Source: Nemertoderma westbladi (lineage: Eukaryota > Animalia > Xenacoelomorpha). Taken from it: a stretch of 64,000 nucleotides of DNA. Shown here piece by piece: positions 48,434-60,869 of the stretch (position 1 is its first letter; each line of letters opens with the position of its first letter). The stretch lies in assembly GCA_032718475.1 (NCBI GenBank), contig JAUCBJ010006790.1, positions 672-64,671 of the forward strand. The letters are read 5' to 3'. Both the position numbers and the translations under genes were made by a program. Below the pieces are notes generated by a model. The model searched no databases, had not been told where the DNA came from, and saw nothing but the letters and a program-made list of their open reading frames with translations.

Positions 48434-48511
48434 CCGCTCCCAGAAAATGGGATTTAATTCTATAAAATATAAAAAATCACAGTTTCTAAAATATAAAAAT
48501 ACTCTAAACAG

Positions 48512-50065
48512 TTAGTCCTTCTTACGTGAACGGCATTTATGCAGTTTTTTGAGGCTAGCAAGAGTCCTTTTCTCTTTGGAGCGAGCCACTTTACTAGGAG
48601 GGCTATAACTCCTGGGTGAAGGGTGCAATACAATTGCATCAGAAGGTTTAGGGTTACGGTCGGTGTATCCGCTGGTCGAGCTACCCGGTTGATCGATATC
48701 AACCTCAGTGGAACGAGGTCGAACAACCTTCAGAGCGCGTTTCAAGACAGCAGCTCTTACTGGTCCCTGACGAGTCGTCTGCACGAGAGTGGTAGGTGGA
48801 CCGTGAGTAGTGAGAAATTTCCTCGGTTTGATGGTTCTTTCCAACTCGCGTTCTCGGGCTCTATCGGAATCGATATGCTTCTCCTCGAACTGATTTTCCT
48901 CCGCTTGTCGTTGAAAGCATTCATCCAAAACTCTTGCAGAGAGTAGGGTCGTCCAAGTTCGATATCTTCTTAGAGATTCTGGATTTCCCGATCGAACTGA
49001 GATAAAGCTAATTCGTTTACCGCTTGGACTTGCTGCTGCAATTTACGTTTCTCTAAACAATCGTAAGTTCCTTTTCCGATCTTTTGTCGAATAGTGTCTA
49101 ACGCGTTTCGTACAACTCTCTCCTCCACCTCGGTGACAGGTTGTATAGGATTAAACCGGGACGATTATACAGGTTGAACAGCGATATTAAATGTCTGCGT
49201 CCCAATCCGGCTAGGTAGGATGGGCGAATATCTAGGGAGCCCACAACCGGAGTGCCACCGACTAATTGTTCGGGTAACACTAGATCTTTGAACAATGAGT
49301 ACAGTTCAGGAGGATCCGTCATACTATTAGGATCAAGAGTCTGAGGTCTCACCAGGGAATGAGGAGGTCTGACCGAGTATTCCGGAACTCGGATCATCGG
49401 TTTATTTAAGGATCGTTTGAGTCGAGCGAGCGCGGGTGATACGTCGAACAAGTTTCGCTCGAAACTCCCGTAAGTATAACGAGTAAAACTGTGTTTAACG
49501 CAACGTCTCCGCGGAGGTTTATGTCTTTCCATTTGTTGGTTGGGTCTAGGGCATTCGTCGCAATAATACCAAAGACGCACGTCTTGTAGGGGAAACGCGG
49601 GTGATCTTTCTCCAGTTTTACAATGTTTCTCTCAAGAATTCCAAATATACGTTGAAGTCACTGCGCTTATCTGGTTCTTCAACGTCTTCTCTTTCGAGTC
49701 GGTTTCGAATATAATTTTTCGTGTTCGATTCTCAGTTTTTCGTTCCGACTCCGCTGGGTATGATATTTAAATAGGATCATTTCCCTTTCGGTGTCTACAT
49801 CGTCCGTATCGTGTAAATCGACAGGATGACCAGTAGTTAAGAAGTCCATATACGTACCATTACGATGCATATAGCGAGTGGTGAATTTTCTATAGTCCAA
49901 TTCACGCGTGAGTTGTTCCTTTGACATTGGCGGTTCGATATAACGGCCATCATCCTCCGTAGTGGGTTGACTAGCGTCGCCGCGTATTAAACTATCAACA
50001 AACGCTTGCAATGGTAGGGTATATCGCTCCCTGATACCAAGATCATCTTCTATCAACTCAGTCAT
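48512..50065 (-). pseudogene. disrupted accessory ORF(s) of C, partly homologous to the N-terminus of B ORF3
   Basis: Sense-strand ORF pieces between the pol remnant and the 3' LTR. LWYYCDEC...RCVKHSFTRY resembles LFYKCGEC...RCPAHQFLRY. Confidence 0.6.
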
Positions 50066-51702
50066 AGCTGCTATATGAGTTTATCGATATTATAATTAAT
50101 AATAATTTAGGCTAGCGGTTGTCGCTGCCTCCCCCTCAATGCCCCCGGACAGCGCAAGCTCCTCAGCGCTGATGTACTGTCGCCGCTGTGTCTCTCGCCA
50201 ACGTAGTAGCTACACAACACCAACAACAACCAGCGCGAGTCACTCCACTGTCCGTCCCAAGGGCTTAGAATTACTTCAGGTTCTTGCTACAGAGGTAGGG
50301 CAACTTTCACAACTGCGACTCGCTACTGTAAACACACTTTAGTAGTAACATTCACCTATAAATGCACAAATTCCACACAACTGTCACAAATTGTACACAT
50401 TCGGGCCATTTGTCCATTAGTCAAGTGCCTTCCAGAATGCCACGTTATTATTATGTATCCCTGGATACTAGCAGTGTGCTATTTATTTCGTATGCTATTC
50501 AGTGGGGCAAGCTTTCTGTTGTTCTTTTAACTCGCTTCTAATTCTAGCGTGGTTGTTGCTATGGTGACGTTATGGAAAGCTAGCAGTAGAATTAGGGTAA
50601 TTCTCATGCATACAGATCTGGGATGCTATTTAATAGTAATTCTTTAATTGTCAATATTCCCCTTTATACATGATTTTATGAATTTTATCGGCTATTGACT
50701 ATATATTGGAGATTCTCTCGCACTAATATATTTAATAGGGTGAATCTCCGCTCCCATGATCTATTAATTAATGGAATTTTGGGAATGTTATAAATTGTAT
50801 AAAATGACAATTTATCAAATTCATGAGAGGATATGAATTTAAATTTATTCCCGTAAATTTTATTATTTAATATTAAAATAGACACAATTTTATTCCAGAG
50901 CATGTCTGGGAACTAGGATCCTTAATTCTAGGAAATTTGTCTTTTTAAGAGTATCGGTAAGTGCTACGATATCTTAATCGACCAGAATTTTAAAGGATCT
51001 GAATTTTAACAGATTTTGGATTTCTAGATTTTCTTGGTTTACAAACTCCTTAGAGTTTATTTATATGCATTTACTCTATTATAACATTTGTTTTAATAGA
51101 TTTTTATAAATATTAAATAATTAATATTTAAGATGGGCACCGAATTATTCCAGAACTTGTCTGGGGACGTTAACCACTGATTCTAGAATTTTGTCTTTCA
51201 AGTATATCGGTGGGTGCCGCAATATCTTAATCGACTAGAATTACAGATGGTCAAAGGGTTTAACAGATTTATTTTGCGTTTTACGCTAATGTTAAAGGGA
51301 CATCACACTACTATATGTATTATTTAATATACGTTATGAGAGCAATATTGCAAGGAGCAATGTCAGTGAGAAGAGGCAAGTCGTTTCCAAGGTCTACCCA
51401 GAGCTTGGTTTAGCCGAGACACGAGGATCTGAACTTTGCATTCCTAATACTTATTATATATATACTTATTATACTAATAATTATTTCTCGCCATTGCACT
51501 AAATATATAATGTTAAGTAATTAAGTAATAAACACGAATATATATATTGCACTAATCTACTAAATAATCGCTAAAATAATATTCTACTAAATAAAATTAA
51601 AGAAAACGATTATAATAAAATTACGTAATAATACATACATAAATATAAAAATAATAAAAACAAATATAAAATAATATAGTCACACACCCACTCCAGGCGC
51701 TG

Positions 51703-53258
51703 TCACGTTGAGGAGTCCCTAGATGTTTGTTGGATTAAGGAGGTGGTCGTGGGAAGAGTATCTTGCCTTCCACAGTCTACGGACAGTTCTCGGTCTCTTT
51801 CCAGTAAACATAAACGACCAACTGGGCGATTGAGTTGTTGTGTTTCGAATACAATTCCAGGTTTCTTCTTCGTCCTAGAATAGTGATGATGGAAACACCA
51901 AGTCCGGCTTTTGGTGAGGAGATCAATTGTATTTTCCTCATCGTATGGCTGGTTAATATCGTCGTTATCTGAGGAGTATGGTGTTCCCTCAGTTGTGGTC
52001 TCTCCCTCACTGATTTCTTCTTCCCATTCACTCACCTGATGTACCTTTTCGTTAGGTAGTCTTTCCATGAGTGTTCTACGGGAAGGTCCAGCGAAGTACC
52101 AACCTACTCTCGTTCTTCCCGCATATGTTTGTAATGGTTGCGGTCGAGCAGGCCGTTTTTCTAATGTCTCTAGCGCCTCATGCGCATTTTGGCCGATCAA
52201 TATCTGTACCCCTGGGTAGTCGGTGTTGAATCTAGGGATATCATGCTGCTGGGTAAAATGGTCTTCATCCCAGTTGTAAGGTTCCACTTGGCTGGTAGCA
52301 AAGTTCTTTATCGCCACCATTTTTACTGACCTTATACTATGTTCGCCTAGTTCATCCTGGGGAGTGGACAACGCGCCTACATAGTAGTCTGTAGCTACTG
52401 TGGATTTCCAAACCTGCATAATTCCTGAAAGGTTCAACTTAGTTCGGAACTTGGGTTGTCCAGCAAAGATGTCTTCGGCTAGTTCTTTGTCGATGAATGT
52501 ACCTGTGCTGCCGGAGTCAAGGAGGGCGTTTACTATTAAACTTTTCCCTAGCCCGTGGACTCTCAGCTGCACTACAGGGAATTCCCGGAGTCCGACGTTG
52601 GAAGCCGGCGCTTTCCAAGATGGTTGCTGGTCCGGACTAGTCAGTTGTGCTTCCTTATCGGTATCAGTCTCATACGTAAGTGCTCGATACACTGCAGTGT
52701 TTATCATATGACAGGATTCGTTTTCGTCAGAGAATTCGTCCGTGTAGAATCCTTCCATCTCAGAGCTGTGGTCAGTGTCGTTCACATCACTGAATTGGAC
52801 ATGTAGTTCGGGCTCACTTACCTGACTCGTGCGGGTTCTTTCAAATTCTGTGTGCAGCAAGATATGATGTTTCGCGCCGCACTTAGCACACCTCGCACCT
52901 GAATAACAGGTCCGCCGTTGGTGTCCTTGTCTGAGACAATTATAACACAACCGCTTATCCCACATGACATTACGTCTATCCTTTAGGGATTTCTTCAAGA
53001 ATTCATCACATCCACTTAAACGATGGGGCCCGTCGCACAATGCACATTTGGGTTTGATGTTACTTACTTTAACTTGTGTTGTGTTGTGCACCCTTGTTCT
53101 TTCTTTGGGCTTTCTTCCATGAATTCTCTTAGGAGACGTAGGAGGAGTTGTTACCTGTTCTCTCCTGTCACTGGTTATATATTCTATCTTCTGTTCTCTC
53201 CTGTCACTGGTTCGAGACTTAGATTTACTTACGTCTTTCCTCGGTTTATTGACATAAT
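51703..53258 (-). pseudogene. C gag knuckles and protease fused to integrase C-terminal remnant
   Basis: CYNCLRQGHQRRTC, ALLDSGST, RTRVGWY, then RPVGRLCLLE. Confidence 0.88.
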
Positions 53259-53487
53259 TAAATAAATTGGAGATCACCTTTAATTACAGTTGCAACAGCT
53301 CATCTCCAATTTATTTAATTAATATCACCTGGCAGCAATACTCGAGCTGAATATTTATTTATTTGTACTTCCCTCCTGTTTCACTCTAGCATACTTGAGG
53401 CCGTTAGGTCCACTGTTAGAGATAGAATATATGCAACTTAAGACTGCCCGTTCAATAGAAGTGGATTAGGTGGGACTGTGAGTGTCA

Positions 53488-53588
53488 GGGGCTAGTGGCT
53501 GAGCTGGTTAGCGCTACTGATGAGGCCTGTTAGGCCGAAACGTACGTATAGCGCTGGTTCAACCCCCGGTGACGCGCTCTCATTTTTT
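53488..53588 (+). promoter_or_regulatory. tRNA-type internal Pol III promoter and T6 terminator (repeated per monomer)
   Basis: A box TGGCTGAGCTGG (53496-53507), B box GGTTCAACCCC (53556-53566) and TTTTTT (53583-53588). Confidence 0.7.
53510..53555 (+). ncRNA. type I hammerhead ribozyme, copy 1
   Basis: Stem I AGCGCTA/TAGCGCT, core CTGATGA, stem II GGCCT/AGGCC, GAAA, palindromic stem III ACGTACGT. Cleavage predicted after GUA (53548). Confidence 0.92.
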
Positions 53589-53850
53589 CCACTTCTGAAC
53601 AAACCCATTATATTACACCTTTAATTACAGTTGCAACAGCTCATCTCCAATTTATTTAATTAATATCACCTGGCAGCAATACTCGAGCTGAATATTTATT
53701 TATTTGTACTTCCCTCCTGTTTCACTCTAGCATACTTGAGGCCGTTAGGTCCGCTGTTAGAGATAGAATATATGCAACTTAAGACAGCCCATTCAATAGA
53801 AGTGGATTAGGTGGGACTGTGAGTGTCAGGGGCTAGTGGCTGAGCTGGTT

Positions 53851-53896
53851 AGCGCTACTGATGAGGCCTGTTAGGCCGAAACGTACGTATAGCGCT
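53851..53896 (+). ncRNA. type I hammerhead ribozyme, copy 2
   Basis: Identical to copy 1. Confidence 0.92.
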
Positions 53897-54190
53897 GGTT
53901 CAACCCCGGTGACGCGCTCTCATTTTTTCCACTTCTGAACAAACCCATTATATTACACCTTTAATTACAGTTGCAACAGCTCATCTCCCATTTATTTAAT
54001 TAATATCACCTGGCAGCAATACTCGAGCTGAATATTTATTTATTTGTACTTCCCTCCTGTTTCACTCTAGCATACTTGAGGCCGTTAGGTCCGCTGTTAG
54101 AGATAGAATATATGCAACTTAAGACTGCCCGTTCAATAGAAGTGGATTAGGTGGGACTGTGAGTGTCAGGGGCTAGTGGCTGAGCTGGTT

Positions 54191-54236
54191 TGCGCTACTG
54201 ATGAGGCCTGTTAGGCCGAAACGTACGTATAGCGCT
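54191..54236 (+). ncRNA. type I hammerhead ribozyme, copy 3
   Basis: Core intact; the terminal stem I pair is lost (A>T). Confidence 0.88.
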
Positions 54237-54531
54237 GGTTCAACCCCCGGTGACGCGCTCTCATTTTTTCCACTTCTGAACAAACCCATTATATTACACC
54301 TTTAATTACAGTTGCAACAGCTCATCTCCAATTTATTTAATTAATATCACCTGGCAGCAATACTCGAGCTGAATATTTATTTATTTGTACTTCCCTCCTG
54401 TTTCACTCTAGCATACTTGAGGCCGTTAGGTCCGCTGTTAGAGATAGAATATATGCAACTTAAGACTGCCTGTTCAATAGAAGTGGATTAGGTGGGACTG
54501 TGAGTGTCAGGGGCTAGTGGCTGAGCTGGTT

Positions 54532-54577
54532 AGCGCTACTGATGAGGCCTGTTAGGCCGTAACGTACGTATAGCGCT
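54532..54577 (+). ncRNA. hammerhead copy 4, probably inactive
   Basis: Core GAAA changed to GTAA. Confidence 0.75.
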
Positions 54578-54638
54578 GGTTCAACCCCCGGTGACGCGCT
54601 CTCTACTATTCTTCTGAACAAACCCATTATATTACACC

Positions 54639-56703
54639 TATTGACATAATAAGATCTTTCGGTGTCCTTACTGCTGTTTTCATCGTAGGACGTCGTCTGA
54701 CTCCCACAATCCGTATAACACACTGGTGTTACCTCTCTCCTAGTAACGGGTTTTTCACTTACCTTACTTTCAGGAGTCTTCTCTCTAGACTGTTTTAGGA
54801 GTTGTAATCTTACCTCTCTGTTTAAGAATGATAGAAGGTCCATCATGGTTGGATCTCTATGTTGTTGGTCCATCAAATAGAGAACCTTTTTGTCCCAGCG
54901 AGTACCTACTCCATCCTTTGGCAAAGTTGATGCTAAGGCTCCTACAACCATAGAATTCTGGTATTCATGAGACTTACCCAACCAGTCTAACTGTCTACAG
55001 ATCTCCTGAATCTCGTCGGAAAACTCTATAATCCCGCTGCTAAGAAACTTTCGGGGCGCCATTAATTTCGCATATAAATACCTAGCTATGTTAGTCCTAT
55101 TACCATACCTGATGTTTAGTGTATCCCAAACTTGTCTTAATCCATCTGGATGTCCAATAAACTTTAACGCCATTAACTTGGGAGGTCCTTCCAAGCACTC
55201 GATGAGGAATCTAAGTTTCTCTCCGTTGGATAGTACAGAGTTCTGTATGTTATCTTTGTAATATTCATTAAAAGGTAACCATTTCATCTCATCTCCATTG
55301 AACTTGACGATCTCTCCCACCTTTACCGCTTGACTGGCTTCAGTTCTAGCCATTTGACGCGTAAAACTTTCTTGGGCCATCGTATTATTTAATATCGAGT
55401 TATCAGTATATAAATTTCTCGGATTAGGATCAGGTCTATATGGAATATCATTATCAACAGGTTTATAATTACCCTTAATAGGGTTCACTATAGGAGTTTC
55501 TACTTCACTAGCAGTATAGATGCGTGTAGGCTCCACACCTTGCGCATGAAATACTTCAGACCTAACAGGTTGACACATTGTTACAGGGGGTGGTGGTATA
55601 CCCTTTTGTATATTTACCAATTTATCGCGTTCTAACGCGATACTCTGCTGCACTTCTTGCAACTCTAACCTACCCTCTCTTACTGTTCCCTTTAACTGCT
55701 GAACAGTCCCCTCCAACTCTCGGACCTGTTGGGAGGAATGTACATGATGTTCCCCATCTGCCCGAGCAGGAGATCCATCACCCGCCGTCGCTCATCCACC
55801 CACTCTACCGCCGAAGCGGGAGCCACCAACATAGTAGCGGGTAGACGAGGGACGACGGGCGACAAATCGTTGATGTCTTGCTCGGCGTCCAGGACCGGTA
55901 TTGATTCAGGGGCTGCTCTACTGGGCACAGGTAGTTTAGTACTGTGCAAAGGGAATTTAGAGTTAAGTTCTGGAAGTACAGGGGTCTCTATTTACAGAGG
56001 GGGTGACTTCGAAAACAGGCCTAATTATTTCAGGCTCATCTACTATAGTAGGGAGTCTGTCTACTCTAATAATTTGGTCTGTGGGTTCATGATTACCTAA
56101 GTCTACACTAGCCAGTTGCCTTCTCACCGCAGGAGGTAAATTAGGTAACTTCTGACGGTGTGGCGTTCTTCTACGTCCGCTTGAACGAGATTTATTACCT
56201 CTACCTTCGGGATCTGTTGTATCACCTTCATCGGAGGAGGCAAATCCCTGTCTTCTGGGAGTAGATCGACTCAGTAACTGCATCTGAGTAGCTGTCCTTT
56301 GTTTCTTCAAATAATCTTGTTTCGCCTGAAGGTTTTCCAGCTCTTGTTGGGTAGTCGCTTCAGGCGCCTTCCGTTCTGCTTCAGCCACTGCCGCTTTCCT
56401 TTCAGCCTCTGCTGCTGCCGCTTTTCTATCAGCCGCTGCCGCTTTCCTTTCAGATTCTGCCGCGGCCGCTGACCTTCGGTCTTCTATTTGCCGTTTCTTT
56501 AATTGTTCCTCTTGTTCCATTGCCATGAGGATGCCATGACGGTGCTGTACTAGCCTAGGGTCTGACACTACTACTGTAGGGATGACCTTTCTTACAGTAG
56601 GATGGGACTTGGACTTCGGTCTCAGATATTCTATACTTCTATCTGATTCACAGACTGTTCTTTCTAGGAGACTATCTGACAGTGTTTGCTTTGTGTCAGC
56701 CAT
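54639..56703 (-). pseudogene. gag: C gag N-terminal and capsid-like (DUF1759-type) region, frameshifted
   Basis: KFNGDEMKWLPFNEYY...KLRFLIECLEG...LNIRYG. Three ORF pieces: 56703-55963, 55949-55692 and 55716-54639. Confidence 0.85.
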
Positions 56704-56836
56704 GATTTATTTTACAGTTGAATGCCTACTACTATAACGACAGTTAAAGTAAGTCTAGTAATTCAGCATCAACTGCAAGCCTAGTGATTAATTACCGATA
56801 CCGTTACTCAGTGTAACGCGATATATTAATATATTA

Positions 56837-57081
56837 AATACCGGTATACTTATAGTATATATATAAGTATTATTACAGACTAGGATTAGTCACAGAATAC
56901 CGGTATATAATTTCAGCATAAATTTATATAAATATATATAATAAGCCTACCGTAAATACCGGTATACACCTATAGTATATATAAGTATTATTATAGACTA
57001 GGATTAGTTACAGAATCCCGGTATATAATTTTAGCCTAAATTTATAGAAATAAATATAATAAGCCTATCGTAAATACCGGT
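56837..57081. repeat. ~117-bp tandem duplication in the leader of C
   Basis: The AAATACCGGTA...AAGCCTA unit is repeated twice, followed by a third start. Confidence 0.8.
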
Positions 57082-58652
57082 AATGTCAATTATTGATGAT
57101 AACTGAATTTCGGAATTTTAGGGTTACTTTCCTTTACTTTATTACTGTTATTAAGCAGTAGTCCAACTGATATTAAGACCTAATTGATGTATAACAGGCC
57201 TACTATTTTATAAATCGGTTTGAGTTGATTTATAATATATTATGTACCCGTACAAGGGTTTCTGACAATATTTGAAATAAATGTTATTATTTCTGGGTAA
57301 GGGGGTCACTACACAGAAGCTGAACGCTCTCAGTGGAGTGCTACCTGTTAGACACTAAAACGAATAATTCTACTTTACTAAGTTACTTATCACTACAAAT
57401 TACTTACAATTACAGTGTGAGATTACAATCTCTAAATAAACACCAAAAGTTACACGTACAAATTTTAGGGTAATTTTACAAGAAATCTACAAACCAGTCT
57501 AACAAGGAGTTAGAATTTCTGGTTCTTACAAACTGACAGGAATCTACGGTATTTGAAAACAATAAAGCAGTAGTAAGTAAATTGCGTTGTCCAGATAAGA
57601 AAATACCACCGTCTGACGACTTATAGTCTTAAACTATAAGTACTACATTATGTACCCGGAGTGTCCTTACCTAGAAGTTAATTACCGCAGCCAACCAGAG
57701 CTAACATGCCTATTATACAACACAAATATACTGCCTACACACTAATTAGGCCTACTTTCGGAAAGCACTGTACGCTAAACCCTAAATTAGGTACAAGTAC
57801 TTATACAACAAATAACCAGCAGTTAAATATACTTGTACAGGTAAAAGAACCACGGTATCTGCTGGAGTGACCAGAGCACAAAATCACCAGTCTTTACCTA
57901 CGCCAAGCAGCCCTGATGTAGTACCGGGGTTAATTTAACTATAACGGTATGTATAACAAGCACAATTACTGTAGGAATAAACTTGGGGGTTATGTAGGTT
58001 GCGAATACTCGCATAGACTCTGAATAATAAATATTACGCTACCCGTGCAGACTATACAAACAAAATACAGACCAAATGCTGGGGGACTACTGTCAAGCCT
58101 AAATAAACTACAGTATATGCAGACTCCGAAATGGTTAGTTAGTAGGCGTTCTAACTGAGTAGTACGACTTATTCTTTCGGGGGGGATTTACCTTACAACA
58201 CTGGATGCCCCCACCTTCCTAACTAGTACTTTATCGGACATACACTCTACACACACTGCAATCGCTTCAGACTTAACAACAGTCAGACAACAATCCAGCC
58301 TACAAATTATTTGTACAATTTGAGCGGGCTTACACGCCTTCTGCTCAATATTACACTTACAGATAAATAAAACTGACAGAAATAAATAAGCTCCAAAAGA
58401 AATAAGGGGTGTACAGTCCCTACTCTCTTAAACAGCCTACCAATATACAATATCACAATCGAACTAATACTGGCACCTATAAGTACTGGTTCGGGTGGTT
58501 GGGCAGTTAGGCCTACAGGTTACCGTCCGACCGGTACATTCGAATTTATTGCCTACGTGCAATCAAGAAACAAAAATATATTATTGTTCTTACCAGAATA
58601 ATAGACAAAATATTTATTGCCTACTGTGCAATCAAGAATTTAAAACTATTAA

Positions 58653-59812
58653 TGTTCGCGCTTTTAGACCTTTAGCAGTTTAACCTGCCAATTTTAGTTG
58701 TCTTTTTGTTTATAAATCGACTTTAGCCTATATCGATTATTTAATGTACTGAAGTTACATCCGCCGAAGCCAGTCTGTGCGCGACCATTCACCCACAGTT
58801 AAGGGAGACTGGATTCGGATGCTTTGATAGTGATTGCGGTGTAGACCTACTGTATTATTCGATTGATCGTTAATATATAATCTCTGACAATATATTTACT
58901 TTTGGGGAAATATTAACAGTTCCTTTAGGACGTGGCACTTTAAGTATAAAAACAGAGTTATGACTTATACTAATCACAACTAGATGGCTACTGAGTTTCG
59001 TAAAAAGCGCATTCTTTAGGAGATGCTTTATTAACCTTCACACTACTTCACACTACTTCACACTGATCTGCCGACCGTCACTGAATTTGATCATATATAA
59101 GGAGGATCGCAACTGACACATGTAGGGATTATGAAATAGCATTTAATTCACACATAAAACAACTATAATGTAAGTCGCAGTTGCTACCGGTAAACCTGTT
59201 CCTCTAACCTTCAGTAATCAAGAAGATTGGGGGGTTTTATGATTATTCATCGGTATTCTCCTAATATATCAGCAATATACATTAACATAACACCAATTAA
59301 TAACAGAAGCAAATAATGCGGTGAATAGTCAGTATGTGTTACTTATGCAGTGTTCCATGAGCAGCAATGTTCAATATATGATTCGCGTGATGTGTTAATA
59401 GTTTTACGTTCTTGTAATCAAAGCCATCAGATCTTTAGGCCAAAGTCTGAAACTTCCACAATCAGAAGTACAGAAGACTTCCAAGCAGTTCTCTCGCTCA
59501 GAAAGGTAAACAAAGACCGTAATGCATTGCGCGGTTTTACATAGGCCCTTGTTCAACATAAAGTGAAAATCGCTCTGATTGGCTGAGCAGAACAAAGAGG
59601 TTCCACGTTTACAGAAAATCAGCTGACAGATTTCGTCATCTGAGCTCCAGTCTTTTAGAGTATTAGGCGCATTGCGGCAAAAATGACTTGTTATGTCCGC
59701 TAAATCGCCTACAAGGTACATTGCGGAGAAAAATGACTTGTTATGTCGCTAAAGTACCTACACGGTACATTGCGGAGAAAAATGACTTGTTATGTCCGCA
59801 AAAGCTTTTACA
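58653..59812 (-). repeat. 5' LTR of C (~1.16 kb)
   Basis: TGTT...TACA ends. Related to the LTRs of A. Confidence 0.92.
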
Positions 59813-60409
59813 GTATTTTTATTAAAAACTTAATTTCCTTTAAAGTAAACTACAGTATGTACATCTTTAGTTACTTAGTTTTTAAATCGTTTAACATATT
59901 ATTGTAATCATAATTTTTTAAATATTGAAAATCAAATTGGTTTATTAATACTTATTAAATTATGCTCATTCATTTTTAATTAATGGAGGGTTTTAACCAT
60001 CCGACAAACCATACTTTTGCTCACAGGTCGTTGTAAGACAAGACATTCAATATAACCCCAGTTTTCCCATCCCCTCTCTTTTTGTGGACTATTATTACTT
60101 GTACAAGCTGCGGACCTGCACGCGCCCCCCCCCCCCCCCCCCCCATTATAATGTGTTGTAGGTAGCCATCCACCCAACACATTGCATAACTCAGAATATA
60201 CTCCACAGCCCTTACCCGCCCGCCCTTGCATTCATTAGCGCCACATGGTGATTCAATTGTGGCTGTTTATTTTCTGATAATTGCTGTAAATTATTATAAC
60301 CTAGGCGGTCTGGTTTAAATAACGGTTACAGCTTACAAACCTATGGTATTATATGGACGTGCTGTCCTGTGTGCTCTACAGACACCCTGTACAGAGTATG
60401 TGTAGCATT

Positions 60410-60441
<32 letters not shown>

Positions 60442-60869
60442 TGTGAGGAGATTCAATTGCGGCTGTTATTTTCTGATAATCGCTGTAAATTATTATAACC
60501 TAGGCTTTAACTGGTTTAAATAACGGCTATAGCTTACAAACCTATGGTATAATATATTGAAGTGGTGTCCTGTGTGCTCTGCAGACATCCTACAGAGCAT
60601 ATGGAGCATTACACACACAGAGAGCAGAGAGAGAGAGAGAGAGAGTGAGGGCTGCTTGATTGACACACGGCTCAGTGGGAATCTAGACTTTGAAGTGCAG
60701 CGCCTTTGGTAGAACTCAATGGCAGGATTTATAAGCCTGGTACATTTCAATATTTGATCAAATATTGATCAAAGGAATGCTTTTTGAGAGCGGGACTGTA
60801 ATTACTGAATTAGGTAACTATGACAGAAAAATTACTGCACGAATTAGAACGGTATATTAAACTATTGCG

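Larger units (their letters stand above)
53259..54638 (+). mobile_element. retrozyme/SINE-like tandem array, 4 x ~341 bp, each with a tRNA-like Pol III unit and a hammerhead ribozyme
   Basis: Monomers start at 53275, 53616, 53956 and 54297. 12-bp TSD TATTGACATAAT (53247-53258 / 54639-54650). Interrupts the gag frame of C. Confidence 0.92.
46595..59812 (-). mobile_element. BEL/Pao LTR retrotransposon C (internally deleted)
   Basis: Two LTRs, TG...CA ends, TSD GTATT (46590-46594 / 59813-59817) and PPT GGGAGCGG before the 3' LTR. Gag and protease are on the minus strand; RT, RNase H and most of the integrase are absent. Confidence 0.92.
45775..60798. mobile_element. non-autonomous TIR DNA transposon (~1.8 kb net) hosting element C
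   Basis: TIR CAGTCCCGCTCTCAAAAAGCATTCCTTTGATCAA at both ends, each flanked by TA. Sub-terminal ACATTGAAATG repeats. Confidence 0.8.

Noticed and set aside
54514-54638. apparent C-terminus of the 400-aa gag ORF
   Set aside because: Read-through into the antisense of the ribozyme insert. The true gag continues at 53258.
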